From assembly GCA_047947115.1 (NCBI GenBank), contig CP170459.1:1088001-1152000 (forward strand): DNA of 64,000 nt. The letters are read 5' to 3'. The notes under the pieces were generated by a model that was given only the letters and a program-made list of their open reading frames with translations, had not been told where the DNA came from and ran no database searches. Of this stretch, positions 37,471 through 48,592 are shown piece after piece. The DNA is from Verrucomicrobiota bacterium (lineage in GTDB: Bacteria; Verrucomicrobiota; Verrucomicrobiia; Limisphaerales; AAA164-E04). The stretch's first letter is position 1. Every line of letters begins with the position of its first letter. The position numbers and the translations under genes are program-made.

Positions 37471-38619
37471 ATGGAGGCCATTTTGAATTATAGAAATATG
37501 TTGGGAAAATCACTTTTAATCGCCGGAATCATGGGTTTGACGGCCGCTTCTGCTGACTTGCGAGCACAGTCTGTGGGTGTTGGATTCAACATCATCGAAC
37601 TGCCGCAGGGAAGCTCTCTGGTTTCCAATCCATTCCAGACCGGAAGTAATTTGGTTTCTGACTTGTTTGTTGCTGTTCCCGACGGATTTAGCGTTTCCAA
37701 GATGATAGATGGCGGGTGGGAGTCCAATGTATGGTCCGCCGATTCATCTTCCTGGTCGGTACCAAATATGAGTTTGTCTCCCGGTGAAGGTGCTCGCATC
37801 GATTCTCCATCTGCTTATCAATGGTTTACAACAGGAAAACCTTTGGTTGGACAGTTGCAGAACTGGATTCCAGAAGGAGATTCTGCCCGAGGCAGCCGGT
37901 TGGCTCTGGGAGGGTTGGTTTCCACGGATCTTGGATTGAATGCTCCTGATGGAACCACTCTTTTCAATGTGGATGGCGATGGCAACCTTGTTTCCGTTGC
38001 TGTGTTCACTGGTGGAGTCTGGGTTCCAGAAGAACCCAGTTTGAGTGTGGGAGGCGCTTTTGTCTTCAGCAGTCCCAGTGCATTCGAATGGGGGCAGGAG
38101 TTGGTGGTTGAAGGCATTGAAAACCCACTGGGATTTGCTCTACATCCAAGCGATCAGACCGTTACCGAAGGGGATAGCGTCACTTTGAGCGCCCAGGCTT
38201 CCGGTGCGGACAGTATTACTTATCAATGGCAGAAAAACGGCAACGATATTCCCGGTGCCACAAATGCCTCCTTTACAATCGAAGCAGCAGGTTCGGGTGA
38301 TGCCGGGCAGTATTCGGTGGTCGCATCGACTTCCGATGCAGCCTTGCGTAGTTCTTTTGCCACCGTAACCGTGGAGCCCGTTGTGGTGGAGCCCTCCACT
38401 CAACCCAGCACAGCCATTGTCATCACGGAAGGCGGTCTGGCGAGTGTAACCATTACCGGAACGGTTGGGGAGCTCTACACCGTTCAGGCATCCACCGATC
38501 TCGGAACATGGGTTAATCGTGCCACTGATTTGGCCAATGAAGAAGGAACGGTTGTCTTTGAGGAACGTTTCAGCAACAGACGTCCGTCACGGTTCTATCG
38601 TGTGATTGTCCAGGAATAG
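37471..38619 (+). CDS. Secreted Ig-domain surface protein with Verrucomicrobia-type C-terminal domain
   Basis: Signal peptide; Ig motif YQWQKNG..IPGAT..DAGQYSV; C-terminal YTVQASTDLGTW..RFYRV. Confidence 0.8.
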   Translation: MEAILNYRNMLGKSLLIAGIMGLTAASADLRAQSVGVGFNIIELPQGSSLVSNPFQTGSNLVSDLFVAVPDGFSVSKMIDGGWESNVWSADSSSWSVPNMSLSPGEGARIDSPSAYQWFTTGKPLVGQLQNWIPEGDSARGSRLALGGLVSTDLGLNAPDGTTLFNVDGDGNLVSVAVFTGGVWVPEEPSLSVGGAFVFSSPSAFEWGQELVVEGIENPLGFALHPSDQTVTEGDSVTLSAQASGADSITYQWQKNGNDIPGATNASFTIEAAGSGDAGQYSVVASTSDAALRSSFATVTVEPVVVEPSTQPSTAIVITEGGLASVTITGTVGELYTVQASTDLGTWVNRATDLANEEGTVVFEERFSNRRPSRFYRVIVQE

Positions 38620-38649
38620 TCATTATGCACTGTTCAACAACATTTTATC

Positions 38650-38686
38650 AAACAAACGCCTGCAATCCGCAGGCGTTTGTTTTTTT
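38650..38686 (+). terminator. Intrinsic terminator
   Basis: aaacaaacgcctgc-aatcc-gcaggcgtttgttttttt. Confidence 0.88.
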
Positions 38687-38782
38687 CCGGTCAATTCGAT
38701 GTAACTTTTTTAGAAACCTGCTTGTCTGGTCTGCTGAAATTAAGGAATTCTTTTGAGAATGGGACTTGAGTATTTGAAATCG

Positions 38783-40501
38783 ATGAAACGTATTGGCTTG
38801 CTTGCATCAGCTGCCGCATGTTGCGCTTTGGTGGCTTGCAAATCAGCCTATTACAAGAAGAAGACGGATAAGGAAGTTTACTCGATCATCGAGCAAATCG
38901 AATCAGACCTGTTTGGCGAGAGTGACGAGTTTACCATCAATACCCGGTATTCCGATCGTAAACCGGATGACATCAGCCCTCAGGAAATCATTGATGATCG
39001 AAATAAAAAGGAGGTCCAGCATATCGATGTCGATTCCGCCCTCCAGCTTGCCATTGAAAATAGTCGCGATTATCAAAACCAAAAAGAATCCCTTTACCTC
39101 ACTGCCCTGAGTTTAAGCGAAACCGAGTTTGTCTTCAGCCCGAATTTCCTGGCACGATCCACGGTTTCAGGTGATCGGCAAAGTGACGGTGAACGCACAG
39201 GCGGAGTCAATTCACGTCTGAGTGTGAATCAGGCTATGCGGTCAGGTGGCAATATCGGAGCGACGATTGCCAATGATCTTCTTCGTTTCTATACCGGAAA
39301 CCCCCGACGATCCGCCGTCAGCACCATATCGGTGAACCTGTTCCAACCCATCCTGCGTGGAGCGGGAAGCAGGGTGGCTACGGAAAATTTGAAGCAGGCT
39401 GAACGCAACGTTATCTATGCCATTCGGGATTTCAGTCACTTTCAGAACGAATTTGCGGTAGGCAAGGTATTGGATTACTTCCGTCTTTTGCAGGGGAGGG
39501 ACATCATTCGCAATAGTTTTGCGGATTATCAGAGCAGAACCAACGAAACCGCCCGTCTGCACCGCCAGATGGATGCCGGACGTGTCACAACCGTGGACAT
39601 GGGGGAAACCCAACAGGCCGAATTGTCTTCGCGCAATAATTACATCAATGCCATCGCGGATTACGGAACGTCTCTGGACCGATTCAAGATCGATCTTGGA
39701 CTGCCCTTGGGAATCGACTTCAAACTAGACGACAAAGCTTTGCAGTCGATCACTGAAAAGGGTCTTCCCATTTTGGATATTGATGCAGAGTATGGATTTG
39801 ACCTGGCTCTTGAGTATTCTTGGCCACTCATGAATGAAATTGACCGGTTCGAGGATGCCAAGCGTAAGGTCTATGTGGCTGCCAATCAGCTGAAGCCCGG
39901 AGTGGACTTTTTTGCGGACGCTTCCCTTTCGTCTGATCGCCCTACGGATTATACAAGTTTTGATCCGGATGACATTCGGGCCGGAATGGGTGTTGAACTG
40001 GATCTGCCGATCAACCGTTTTCGTGAGCGGAATCAGTATCGATCCACGATCATCAGTTTCGAAGCTGCACTGCGTCGTTTAAGTCTGGCTCTGGATAACA
40101 AACGCAATAACATTCGTTTGGGGCTTCGCAGTCTGAAACAATTTGAACAAAACTACGAAATTCAAAAGATATCGGTTGAGTTGGCAGCGAAACGTGCCGC
40201 AGGCGCCAGTTTGAATTATCAGGCTGGAAGAGCGAATGTGGATCAGATCGTGCGTGCCCAAGACGATCTGGTCGCCGCACGCAACAACATGATTCGCACC
40301 ATGGTCAATTATCTGGATGCACGCATGGCCCTTCTCCTCGAGATAGGTATTCTTCGCACCGACCGGGAATCATTCTGGATCAATGAAGCTGCCGTTGTCG
40401 TCGATCTGGTGACAGGCGAACCTAAACCAGAAGATCCCGCTCAAACACCTGACAATCAAGAAGAGGTAAAACTCCTCACACCTGACGAACTTTTTCAATA
40501 A
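38783..40501 (+). CDS. TolC-family outer-membrane efflux protein (lipoprotein)
   Basis: Lipobox LVAC; QPILRGAG, ERNVIYAIR; first gene of an MFP-ABC operon. Confidence 0.85.
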   Translation: MKRIGLLASAAACCALVACKSAYYKKKTDKEVYSIIEQIESDLFGESDEFTINTRYSDRKPDDISPQEIIDDRNKKEVQHIDVDSALQLAIENSRDYQNQKESLYLTALSLSETEFVFSPNFLARSTVSGDRQSDGERTGGVNSRLSVNQAMRSGGNIGATIANDLLRFYTGNPRRSAVSTISVNLFQPILRGAGSRVATENLKQAERNVIYAIRDFSHFQNEFAVGKVLDYFRLLQGRDIIRNSFADYQSRTNETARLHRQMDAGRVTTVDMGETQQAELSSRNNYINAIADYGTSLDRFKIDLGLPLGIDFKLDDKALQSITEKGLPILDIDAEYGFDLALEYSWPLMNEIDRFEDAKRKVYVAANQLKPGVDFFADASLSSDRPTDYTSFDPDDIRAGMGVELDLPINRFRERNQYRSTIISFEAALRRLSLALDNKRNNIRLGLRSLKQFEQNYEIQKISVELAAKRAAGASLNYQAGRANVDQIVRAQDDLVAARNNMIRTMVNYLDARMALLLEIGILRTDRESFWINEAAVVVDLVTGEPKPEDPAQTPDNQEEVKLLTPDELFQ

Positions 40502-40525
40502 GTAGAAACGTTGTAATTTTCCATT

Positions 40526-42349
40526 ATGAGTCATCAAAGCAAAACTGCTGACAAATCGAGCCCATCCAAAGCCAAGTTGGTCATTGGCACTGTCCTGGGG
40601 GTCGTGATTGTTCTTTGGATCCTGTCCAGCATGGGAGGATCGGATGCGACCGAGCACTCCTACTACGAAGTGGACCGAGGTGACTTCCTTGTCTCCGTGT
40701 CCGCCGGTGGAACCTTGGAAGCCGTGAATCAGGAAATCATCCGTAACGATGTGGATGGCACCTCACGGATTATCTACATCGTTCCCGAAGGAACGGTGGT
40801 GAAGGAAGGAGATTTAATCGTGGAACTGGATTCCGCCGAAGCAGAAGAACAGGTCAACCAGCAAAAACTGAGTTACGAAAAAGCCGTTCAGGATTTCGAA
40901 GCCGCCAAGGCGAATCTGGAAATTGAGCAGAGTCAGGTGCAGAGTCAGATCGACGCTGCGATCCTAGCTACCAATTTTGCCTTCATCGATTATCGTAAAT
41001 TCATAGAAGGCGACAAGCTGCAGCAGCTTCGCAACGCGGAAATCAATATTCAAACGGTCGAAGAACAGCTGAAGTTGAATCAGAACCAGTTGTTCTGGAC
41101 AGAAAAACTTTACAAGGAGGAATTTGAAACGCTCACGCGACTTGAGCAGGATCAACTCTCCGTGACCAATTCTCAACTCAATCTCGAGCAGGCCAAGACT
41201 GAGTATAAAATGTTGAAACAGTACGATCTTCCCAAACTGGAAGAAGAGTTTCTTTCGAATCTGATCGAATCATCCAATGAATTGACTCGCGTGATTCTGC
41301 AGGCGACCAATTCTCTTAATACAGCCATCGCAGCCTTGACAACACAGAGTAATTCCTTGGTGTTAAACAAGGAACGTCTGGATCGTGAGGTGGAACAGCT
41401 TGATAAATCGAAGATCTATGCACCCAAGGGAGGTATGGTGGTTTACGCCAAGTCTCGGAGTCGATTCAGTTCGGAATCCATGATCGAGGAAGGTGCCCAG
41501 GTGCGCAACCGACAGGAACTAATCACTCTGCCTGATACCTCGCAGATGAAAGTGGACATCAAGGTGCACGAATCACAGATCAACAAGGTGAAGAAGGGTC
41601 TGACCGCTTTCATCGTGTTGGATTCCGAACCCGACAAGCGATACAAAGGCATCGTGAGCAAAGTGGCTCCCCTGCCCGATTCCGCTTCCTTTTTCAGCGA
41701 TCCAAATTTGAAAGAATACGCCACCGAGATCCTGGTTACCGACCAGTTGCCGGATTTGAAACCCGGTGTTTCGGCACGCGCAGAAATTGTGATCACAAAT
41801 ATCCCAAGCACTTTGAAAGTACCAATACAATCTGTTACCACCATCAACAGCAAACAGGTGGTGTTTAAAGCCGGTTCAAGTGAGCCTGAGCCCATCCCGG
41901 TGGAGGTCGGCATGTTCAATACCAAGTTCATTCAGGTGCTCTCCGGAGTGAATGAAGGTGATAAGATTCTGCTGTCTCCACCCCTGAAAATGGAAGAGGT
42001 TAACCTTGCCGGAGAAGTATTCGGTGATGAGGAAGCGGTCAGTGATGATGAGTTGAAACCAGACACTTCCGCCTTGGAACGTCATGATCAATCCAACCAG
42101 TCACGTCGTCAGCAGAGCGGCTTTGGCGGGCCCGGTGGTCCGGGACGCGGACCCGGTGGTCAGGGCGGTGGCGGACCCGGAGGCCAGGGTGGTGGCGGGT
42201 TTGATCGCGAAGCCATGATGAAGCGTTTCGATACTGATGGCGATGGCCAACTGAGCGATTCGGAACGCCAGGCCATGCGCAGCCAGTTTCAGGGCGGCCA
42301 GGGTGGTGGTGGTCGTCCAAGTGGTGGCAGCGGACGTCCGGGGCAGTAA
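40526..42349 (+). CDS. Efflux periplasmic adaptor (MacA-like) with Gly-rich tail and EF-hand
   Basis: N-terminal TM, VPEGTVVKEGD lipoyl half, long coiled coil, LKPGVSA; tail DTDGDGQLSDSE. Confidence 0.88.
   Translation: MSHQSKTADKSSPSKAKLVIGTVLGVVIVLWILSSMGGSDATEHSYYEVDRGDFLVSVSAGGTLEAVNQEIIRNDVDGTSRIIYIVPEGTVVKEGDLIVELDSAEAEEQVNQQKLSYEKAVQDFEAAKANLEIEQSQVQSQIDAAILATNFAFIDYRKFIEGDKLQQLRNAEINIQTVEEQLKLNQNQLFWTEKLYKEEFETLTRLEQDQLSVTNSQLNLEQAKTEYKMLKQYDLPKLEEEFLSNLIESSNELTRVILQATNSLNTAIAALTTQSNSLVLNKERLDREVEQLDKSKIYAPKGGMVVYAKSRSRFSSESMIEEGAQVRNRQELITLPDTSQMKVDIKVHESQINKVKKGLTAFIVLDSEPDKRYKGIVSKVAPLPDSASFFSDPNLKEYATEILVTDQLPDLKPGVSARAEIVITNIPSTLKVPIQSVTTINSKQVVFKAGSSEPEPIPVEVGMFNTKFIQVLSGVNEGDKILLSPPLKMEEVNLAGEVFGDEEAVSDDELKPDTSALERHDQSNQSRRQQSGFGGPGGPGRGPGGQGGGGPGGQGGGGFDREAMMKRFDTDGDGQLSDSERQAMRSQFQGGQGGGGRPSGGSGRPGQ
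42149..42196 (+). repeat. 24-bp tandem coding repeat, two copies (GPGGQGGG)
   Basis: ggacccggtggtcagggcggtggc / ggacccggaggccagggtggtggc. Confidence 0.7.
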
Positions 42350-42408
42350 TCCTCGATTTTGAAGAATCTGTCACCTTATACCTTAAGACTTAACCCAGGG
42401 AATTTGTT

Positions 42409-43143
42409 TTGGCATTGGAACCGATCATCAAGATTGAAGGGATAGAACGAAAATACTCCATGGGCGATGACATCGAAGTCATGGCGCTTAACGGAGTGAA
42501 TATCGCCATTCACCAAGGGGAGTATGTTGCGATCATGGGGCCCTCCGGATCCGGCAAATCGACCATGCTCAACTTGCTGGGTTGCCTTGACCGACCAACC
42601 GGCGGTGCGTATTGGCTGGGTGGAGAGGATGTCGCCCGCATGGGAGACGACGCACTCTCCGATGTGCGCGGTCGCCGCATTGGATTTATTTTTCAATCCT
42701 ACAACCTGATCGCTCAGTTGACTGTACTGGAAAACATCCAGGTGCCGTTGTTTTATCAGGGCAAAAGCATGCAGGAATCTTACGATCGCTGTGTTGAGTT
42801 GGCGGAGCTGGTTGGTTTGGGGGATCGATTGACACATCGTCCGAATCAGTTGTCCGGTGGTCAGCAACAGCGTGTTGCCATTGCAAGGTCCCTCGTCAAC
42901 GATCCGCTCATGATTCTTGCCGATGAACCCACGGGAAACCTGGATTCCAAAACCGGTTTGGAAGTGCTGGATCTCATCGATGACCTGAATGATTCAGGCA
43001 AGACCATTGTCTTGGTGACACATGATAATTACGTGGCCGAACGAGCACATCGAGTCATCCACATGAAGGATGGCAAGGTGGATCGGGAAGAGATCAAACG
43101 TAAGCAGGGCGAAGAACGCCAGAAGATTTACAAAAGACGCTGA
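42409..43143 (+). CDS. ABC transporter ATP-binding protein (MacB/LolD family)
   Basis: [35 protein letters not shown]. Confidence 0.95.
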   Translation: MALEPIIKIEGIERKYSMGDDIEVMALNGVNIAIHQGEYVAIMGPSGSGKSTMLNLLGCLDRPTGGAYWLGGEDVARMGDDALSDVRGRRIGFIFQSYNLIAQLTVLENIQVPLFYQGKSMQESYDRCVELAELVGLGDRLTHRPNQLSGGQQQRVAIARSLVNDPLMILADEPTGNLDSKTGLEVLDLIDDLNDSGKTIVLVTHDNYVAERAHRVIHMKDGKVDREEIKRKQGEERQKIYKRR

Positions 43144-43148
43144 TATCC

Positions 43149-44444
43149 ATGGTGAGTTACCAACATTTTATGAGCACGGTGCAGTTGGGTGTCAAAACCC
43201 TCATGCTGCATAAACTGCGGTCCGGTCTGACCATGCTGGGTATCATCTTCGGGGTGTGTTCCGTTATTGCCATGCTGGCCATTGGGGAAGGAGCTTCCTA
43301 TGAAGCGCAGGAACGCATCAAGGCACTCGGAAGCAATAACATCATTGTGCGCAGTGTCAAACCTCCCGAAGAATCCCGCGAACAAAACAACAATTCGGGG
43401 CGCAGTCGGGGCATTCGATATGGATTGACCTATGACGATACCGCTCGTATTTACTCAACGATTCCCGGTGTTGAACGTGTGCTGCCCATGCGGTTGATTC
43501 GCGAGAAGGTTCGGTTTTTTGAAATGGAAATGCCCTGCCAGGTGGTTGGCACATTGTCTTTTTATCCAGAAATCGTGAAAATAGATATGGCCAAGGGACG
43601 GTTCATTTCGCACATGGATGAGATCTACAAACAAAACGTCTGCGTGCTCACGACGACACTGGCCCAACGCTTGTTCCCCTACCACGATCCACTGCAGCAG
43701 AGCGTGAAAATATCCGGTGTTTACTACAAGGTCGTTGGTCTGGTCCGGGAAATCAACACACCTGACGAACGGCCACAGAGTGGAGAAACCGAAGGGGAAA
43801 CCATGGAAAACAATGTCTACATCCCCCTTGCCACGGCCAAGGCCCGCTTTGGAGAAACCATCGTCAAGCGCACAGGAAACACTGTCAATTCCGAGACGGT
43901 GCAAGTGCACGAGATTCGTGTGCAAATGAAAGATCACACATTTGTCGAATCGGCCGACCCGCAAGTACGCACCCTGCTGTCACGGTTTCACAAGGAAATC
44001 GATTATGAAATCACCGTTCCTCTCCAACTTCTTCGTCAAGCCGAGGCTACCAAGCGTATGTTCAACATTGTGCTCGGATCGATTGCCGCCATTTCGCTGT
44101 TGGTCGGTGGTATTGGCATCATGAATATCATGCTCGCCAACGTCACCGAACGTACCCGGGAGATCGGTGTGCGCCGAGCCCTTGGAGCCAAGAAAAGTGA
44201 CATTACCACCCAGTTCCTGGTGGAAACTGTCGTGCTGTCGGTGGGAGGCGGATTGGTAGGTGTGATCGTCGGTGTGCTGACACCTCTCATCGTCACACAT
44301 TTGACGAATATGCAAACTATCATCACCCTTTGGTCGGTGGTGCTGGCGTTTGGCATTTCCGGAGCCATCGGAGTGGTGTTTGGTATTTACCCGGCCAATG
44401 CAGCCGCCAGTCTTGATCCAATCGAAGCGCTCCGTCACGAATAA
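43149..44444 (+). CDS. ABC transporter permease (MacB family)
   Basis: KLRSGLTMLGIIFGV, GGIGIMNIML..ERTREIGVRRALGA, DPIEALRHE. Confidence 0.95.
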   Translation: MVSYQHFMSTVQLGVKTLMLHKLRSGLTMLGIIFGVCSVIAMLAIGEGASYEAQERIKALGSNNIIVRSVKPPEESREQNNNSGRSRGIRYGLTYDDTARIYSTIPGVERVLPMRLIREKVRFFEMEMPCQVVGTLSFYPEIVKIDMAKGRFISHMDEIYKQNVCVLTTTLAQRLFPYHDPLQQSVKISGVYYKVVGLVREINTPDERPQSGETEGETMENNVYIPLATAKARFGETIVKRTGNTVNSETVQVHEIRVQMKDHTFVESADPQVRTLLSRFHKEIDYEITVPLQLLRQAEATKRMFNIVLGSIAAISLLVGGIGIMNIMLANVTERTREIGVRRALGAKKSDITTQFLVETVVLSVGGGLVGVIVGVLTPLIVTHLTNMQTIITLWSVVLAFGISGAIGVVFGIYPANAAASLDPIEALRHE

Positions 44445-44599
44445 ATCTCCTGCGGATCAATCCCAACAACCCACAGGAAATAGCATCTTTGTGGATTGCC
44501 CTTTGGGGAATGTTGCCTTCATCTTATTGAAATGGTTGATTGTCATGGCCGTTATTTTGGGCCAGCTTAATGATATCCAAGTTCAAAGCCTTTACTCTT

Positions 44600-45448
44600 A
44601 TGAAGATTTACATGCCATTTTGCATTACCCAGGGTCGTGTCAGGAAACACGGATTCACACTTATTGAGCTTCTGGTTGTGATCGCGATCATTGCTATTTT
44701 GGCTGGAATGCTTTTACCGGCTTTGAGCGCTGCAAAAAACAAAGCGCACCGTGCAAGCTGTATTAATAATTTAAGGCAATTGGGTATCGTTACGTTCATC
44801 TATGCCGACGACCACGAAGACAAACTATACCCTTCGTTGTTCAATCCGGAGGCACTTGCCGGTAGCGCTCCTTGGTGGTCTTATCGTCTGTTTGGCGGAG
44901 CTGATGGACAACCTGCCGATGTGGATAATCCATTCAATCATGGTCACCTCTTCCGCTATAACTACATCACTGATGCGCGCATGTATTTTGATCCTGGTCT
45001 GAAAGGTGTGGATGCCAATCTCGAAGGGCGTGGATATGAACTGAAATATTACCAGAATGATAACAATCCATTCCCGGTGGCTCAAGGGGCCTGGGTTCGA
45101 TCCAGCTATGTTTACTACCCGCAATCCCAACAGCCTGCCACCAAAACACCGGCCAATGAGAATCAGGCTCAGTGGCGTAAAGTGGCCACCAAGTCCATTC
45201 AACTGGCTTCTGATCGAACTTTTATCACGGGCTTTATCTATTCCTTCAAAACGATCCCTCACAAAACCAACCGAAATCCGGTCGGTCTCAATGTGCTATG
45301 GGGAGACTCGCACGTGTCCTTTTCCAATGACAAGCGTGCTTTCGATCCCAGCTTATGGGATGTCCCTGAAGGCAGCACTGCAGGTGATCTGAATCCCGGA
45401 AACAACCCCGAACGGTTTCGATCCATTGTGGGCTGGCTGCGCCCATAG
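44600..45448 (+). CDS. Prepilin-type N-terminal cleavage/methylation protein (DUF1559-like)
   Basis: [34 protein letters not shown]; variant C-terminal motif [12 protein letters not shown]. Confidence 0.9.
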   Translation: MKIYMPFCITQGRVRKHGFTLIELLVVIAIIAILAGMLLPALSAAKNKAHRASCINNLRQLGIVTFIYADDHEDKLYPSLFNPEALAGSAPWWSYRLFGGADGQPADVDNPFNHGHLFRYNYITDARMYFDPGLKGVDANLEGRGYELKYYQNDNNPFPVAQGAWVRSSYVYYPQSQQPATKTPANENQAQWRKVATKSIQLASDRTFITGFIYSFKTIPHKTNRNPVGLNVLWGDSHVSFSNDKRAFDPSLWDVPEGSTAGDLNPGNNPERFRSIVGWLRP

Positions 45449-45539
45449 ATGCATGTTTTGAGTTGGTTTTCCTTGGTGACATTTTCCGGTCCTGCATTCA
45501 GAATGGTCGTGTATTCAACAATCTCAACCGACTGCTCTG

Positions 45540-47021
45540 ATGAAATTCAAACATCTCGTTCGTGTTCTTTGCGCCGTTGTGACCATGCTGGCGTGCCATA
45601 CCTGTTATGCCGCCAAACCCAATATCCTGATTGTCACCGTCGATGACATGAGCTGTGACTCGGTGGGAGTGTTCGGTTGCGAGCTTCAGGGAACCACACC
45701 TCACATCGACAAGTTGGCTCAGCACGGGCTGCGTTATCATCACGCACATGTGCAAACGGGCAGTTGTTATCCCTGTCGTAACGTCTTGTTTTCCGGTCGC
45801 TTTTCCCACAATACCGGAGTCGAAGGATTCTATCAGGTTAAGAACACCACCTATCCACATATGGTGGACTTGATGAAGGCTGGTGGTTACTTCGTTGGCA
45901 TCCGAGGCAAGGTGGCCCACTCCACTCCGTATCAACCTTACGGATGGGATGAAGATTTGACAGTGATTGATGGCAAACTACAGCACACCAAGCATCCCGA
46001 ATCCTATTATCAATCCACCAAAAAGGGCATCGAATCCGCCGTCAAAGTCGGGAAACCCTTTTGTCTCAACATTAACATCTCCGATCCTCACAAACCCTTT
46101 TACGCCATGAACGGCAAAGGCGATATCGTGGACGATTCAAATGTGCCCTCGCATATTTTCAAACCTGAAGAAGTGCCCATCCCTGGATTCCTGTTTGATC
46201 ATCCGGATGTTCGGTCAGAGCTGGCACATTACTACTCTTCCGTGCGTCGTGCGGATGATTGCCTGGGCCAGGTGATGAAGGCATTGGATGAGTCCGGAAA
46301 ACGTGAGGACACAGTCATCTTCTTTTTATCGGATCACGGCATGCCCCTGCCCTTCGCTAAAACAGCGGTATGGCATCACAGCACACGCACCCCATGGATC
46401 GTTGTCTGGCCGGGCGTCACCCGGGCTGGAGCGGTGGACAAGCAACACATGATTTCCGGTGTGGATCTTCTTCCAACCCTGCTGGACGTAGCAGGATTGC
46501 CTCATCCGGAGGGTTTCGACGGACATTCATTTCTTCCGACCATTCGAGGCGAACGTCAGGCCGGGCGCAATTACGTCTACAAATTTCACAACGAGAATTC
46601 CGGACGCAATCGGAGTCCCATGCGCAGTGTACAATCCAAACAATTCGGATATATTTTCAATCCATGGTCGGATGGCAAACGTGTTTTCAAAACCGCAACG
46701 CGGGGCACCATCACTTTTCGGACCATGCAGCAACTGGCCAAAACGGATGAAACCATTGCCGCCAGACTGAAGCTGTTGGAATACGGTGTGCCGGAAGAAT
46801 TCTACGATTACGAAAACGATCCCGACGCGTTGCACAACCTGATTGATGATCCACGTTACGCCGATGAAATCACACGACACCGTGCCGCCATGTTACGATT
46901 CATGCGCGCGTCCAACGACCACGCGCTGGAAGCTTTCGAGCATCGTGATGATCCGGCGGCTGTCAGTGCTTATGTCGAAAAGAAACAAGCCGAAGCCGAT
47001 GCCCGGCGCAAAGCCAAGTAA
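45540..47021 (+). CDS. Sulfatase (S1, Cys-type; N-sulfoglucosamine sulfohydrolase-like)
   Basis: Signal peptide; PNILIVTVDD, CYPCR (C-x-P-x-R), DPHKPF, SDHGMP. Confidence 0.92.
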   Translation: MKFKHLVRVLCAVVTMLACHTCYAAKPNILIVTVDDMSCDSVGVFGCELQGTTPHIDKLAQHGLRYHHAHVQTGSCYPCRNVLFSGRFSHNTGVEGFYQVKNTTYPHMVDLMKAGGYFVGIRGKVAHSTPYQPYGWDEDLTVIDGKLQHTKHPESYYQSTKKGIESAVKVGKPFCLNINISDPHKPFYAMNGKGDIVDDSNVPSHIFKPEEVPIPGFLFDHPDVRSELAHYYSSVRRADDCLGQVMKALDESGKREDTVIFFLSDHGMPLPFAKTAVWHHSTRTPWIVVWPGVTRAGAVDKQHMISGVDLLPTLLDVAGLPHPEGFDGHSFLPTIRGERQAGRNYVYKFHNENSGRNRSPMRSVQSKQFGYIFNPWSDGKRVFKTATRGTITFRTMQQLAKTDETIAARLKLLEYGVPEEFYDYENDPDALHNLIDDPRYADEITRHRAAMLRFMRASNDHALEAFEHRDDPAAVSAYVEKKQAEADARRKAK

Positions 47022-47058
47022 TTGGAAGGACTCACCTCAACCCAAAAACGAAAACAAG

Positions 47059-48573
47059 ATGAATCGCTCCCCTCTATTTACTCTTTTAATTGCGGCAGGT
47101 CTCAGCGCCCTGTGTTGTTCCTGTGCCACTCCTTCGAAGGCCACCCCGACTCCAGCGCCCGAGCCTTTCGGTGTTTTACCAAGTGAGCGTCAGTTGGCAT
47201 GGCATGAATTGGAGTTTTACGGATTCCTGCATTTTTCGATCAACACCTTTACCGACATGGAATGGGGTAGTGGCGAAGAGCCTCCTGCGCGATTCAACCC
47301 CACGGCCTTTGATGCAGATCAGATTGCGCAGACTGCCGCTGACGCCGGGATGACCGCATTGATTCTCACCTGCAAACACCATGACGGGTTCTGTCTGTGG
47401 CCATCGGATCATACCGAGCATTCGGTGAAGAACAGCCCCTTTCGCGATGGTGAGGGTGATGTCGTTCGGGAAATTTCCGATGCCTGCCGCAAGCGCGGGC
47501 TCAAGTTCGGGGTCTATCTTTCACCTTGGGATCGCAATCATGCAGAGTATGGTCGCCCGGCTTATATTGATTATTTTCGAGCACAACTACGTGAATTGCT
47601 GACTGAGTACGGTCCCATTGCTGAAGTCTGGTTTGACGGTGCCAATGGCGGTACCGGCTTTTACGGCGGCGCAAATGAGAAGCGCAATATTGATCGTTCC
47701 ACTTATTACGATTGGGAGAATACCTGGGCCATTGTGCGCGAACTGCAGCCCCAGGCAGTGATGTTCAGTGATGTAGGGCCCGATGTGCGCTGGGTTGGGA
47801 ACGAAAGAGGTATTGCCGGGGATCCTTGTTGGGCGACTTACACCCCTCACGGACTGAATGGACTCAAACCTGCCCCTGGTCAGACCATGGACAAGGAAGG
47901 TCAGAATGGGCATCGGGACGGTGAGTTCTGGATTCCCGCAGAAGCGGATGTTTCGATCCGTCCGGGCTGGTTTTATCACGAATCACAAGATGACAAAGTG
48001 CGCAGCTCTCAAAACCTTGTTGATCTCTATTATAAATCCGTTGGGCGTGGCGCATCCTTCCTGTTGAACCTCCCTCCCGATCCGAGGGGCATCATTCATG
48101 AAAACGACGTTGCCGCGCTCAATGGTTTCCGAGCTCATTTGGATGCCACCTTTGCAAACAACATGGCCAAGGGCGCCCGACTTACTCCAAGCAACACACG
48201 AGGCAACCAGGAAAAAGCCTACGGTGCTCATTTATTGCTGGACGGAGATCGCAATACCTATTGGGCAAGTGATGACAACATGAACACTCCTACATTGGAA
48301 GTTGATTTTGGACAAACAACCCGGTTCAACGTGATTGATATCCGCGAGCACCTGCCCTTGGGGCTGCGAGTGGATCAGTGGGCTCTGGACAAATGGGATG
48401 AAGGAAGCGGAGAATGGACGGAATTCGCTTCAGGCGAAGGAATCGGCAACCGCCGACTCTGGCGTGGGGAAACCCAGACCACTTCCAAAATCCGCCTGCG
48501 TATAGTTGAAGCACCGGCATGTCCGGCCTTGAGTGAGTTTGGTGTTTATCTGGCACCGGAGTGGGCTGAATAA
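47059..48573 (+). CDS. Alpha-L-fucosidase (GH29) with C-terminal F5/8-type C domain
   Basis: FLHFSINTF, KHHDGFCLWPS, YLSPWDRN, VWFDGA, VSIRPGWFYH, SVGRG; lipoprotein-like N-terminus. Confidence 0.93.
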   Translation: MNRSPLFTLLIAAGLSALCCSCATPSKATPTPAPEPFGVLPSERQLAWHELEFYGFLHFSINTFTDMEWGSGEEPPARFNPTAFDADQIAQTAADAGMTALILTCKHHDGFCLWPSDHTEHSVKNSPFRDGEGDVVREISDACRKRGLKFGVYLSPWDRNHAEYGRPAYIDYFRAQLRELLTEYGPIAEVWFDGANGGTGFYGGANEKRNIDRSTYYDWENTWAIVRELQPQAVMFSDVGPDVRWVGNERGIAGDPCWATYTPHGLNGLKPAPGQTMDKEGQNGHRDGEFWIPAEADVSIRPGWFYHESQDDKVRSSQNLVDLYYKSVGRGASFLLNLPPDPRGIIHENDVAALNGFRAHLDATFANNMAKGARLTPSNTRGNQEKAYGAHLLLDGDRNTYWASDDNMNTPTLEVDFGQTTRFNVIDIREHLPLGLRVDQWALDKWDEGSGEWTEFASGEGIGNRRLWRGETQTTSKIRLRIVEAPACPALSEFGVYLAPEWAE

Positions 48574-48592
48574 AACATTACCAAACCAACTT

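Noticed and set aside
46843..47058. N-terminal extension of the fucosidase ORF
   Set aside because: Overlaps the sulfatase; the signal peptide begins at ATG 47059
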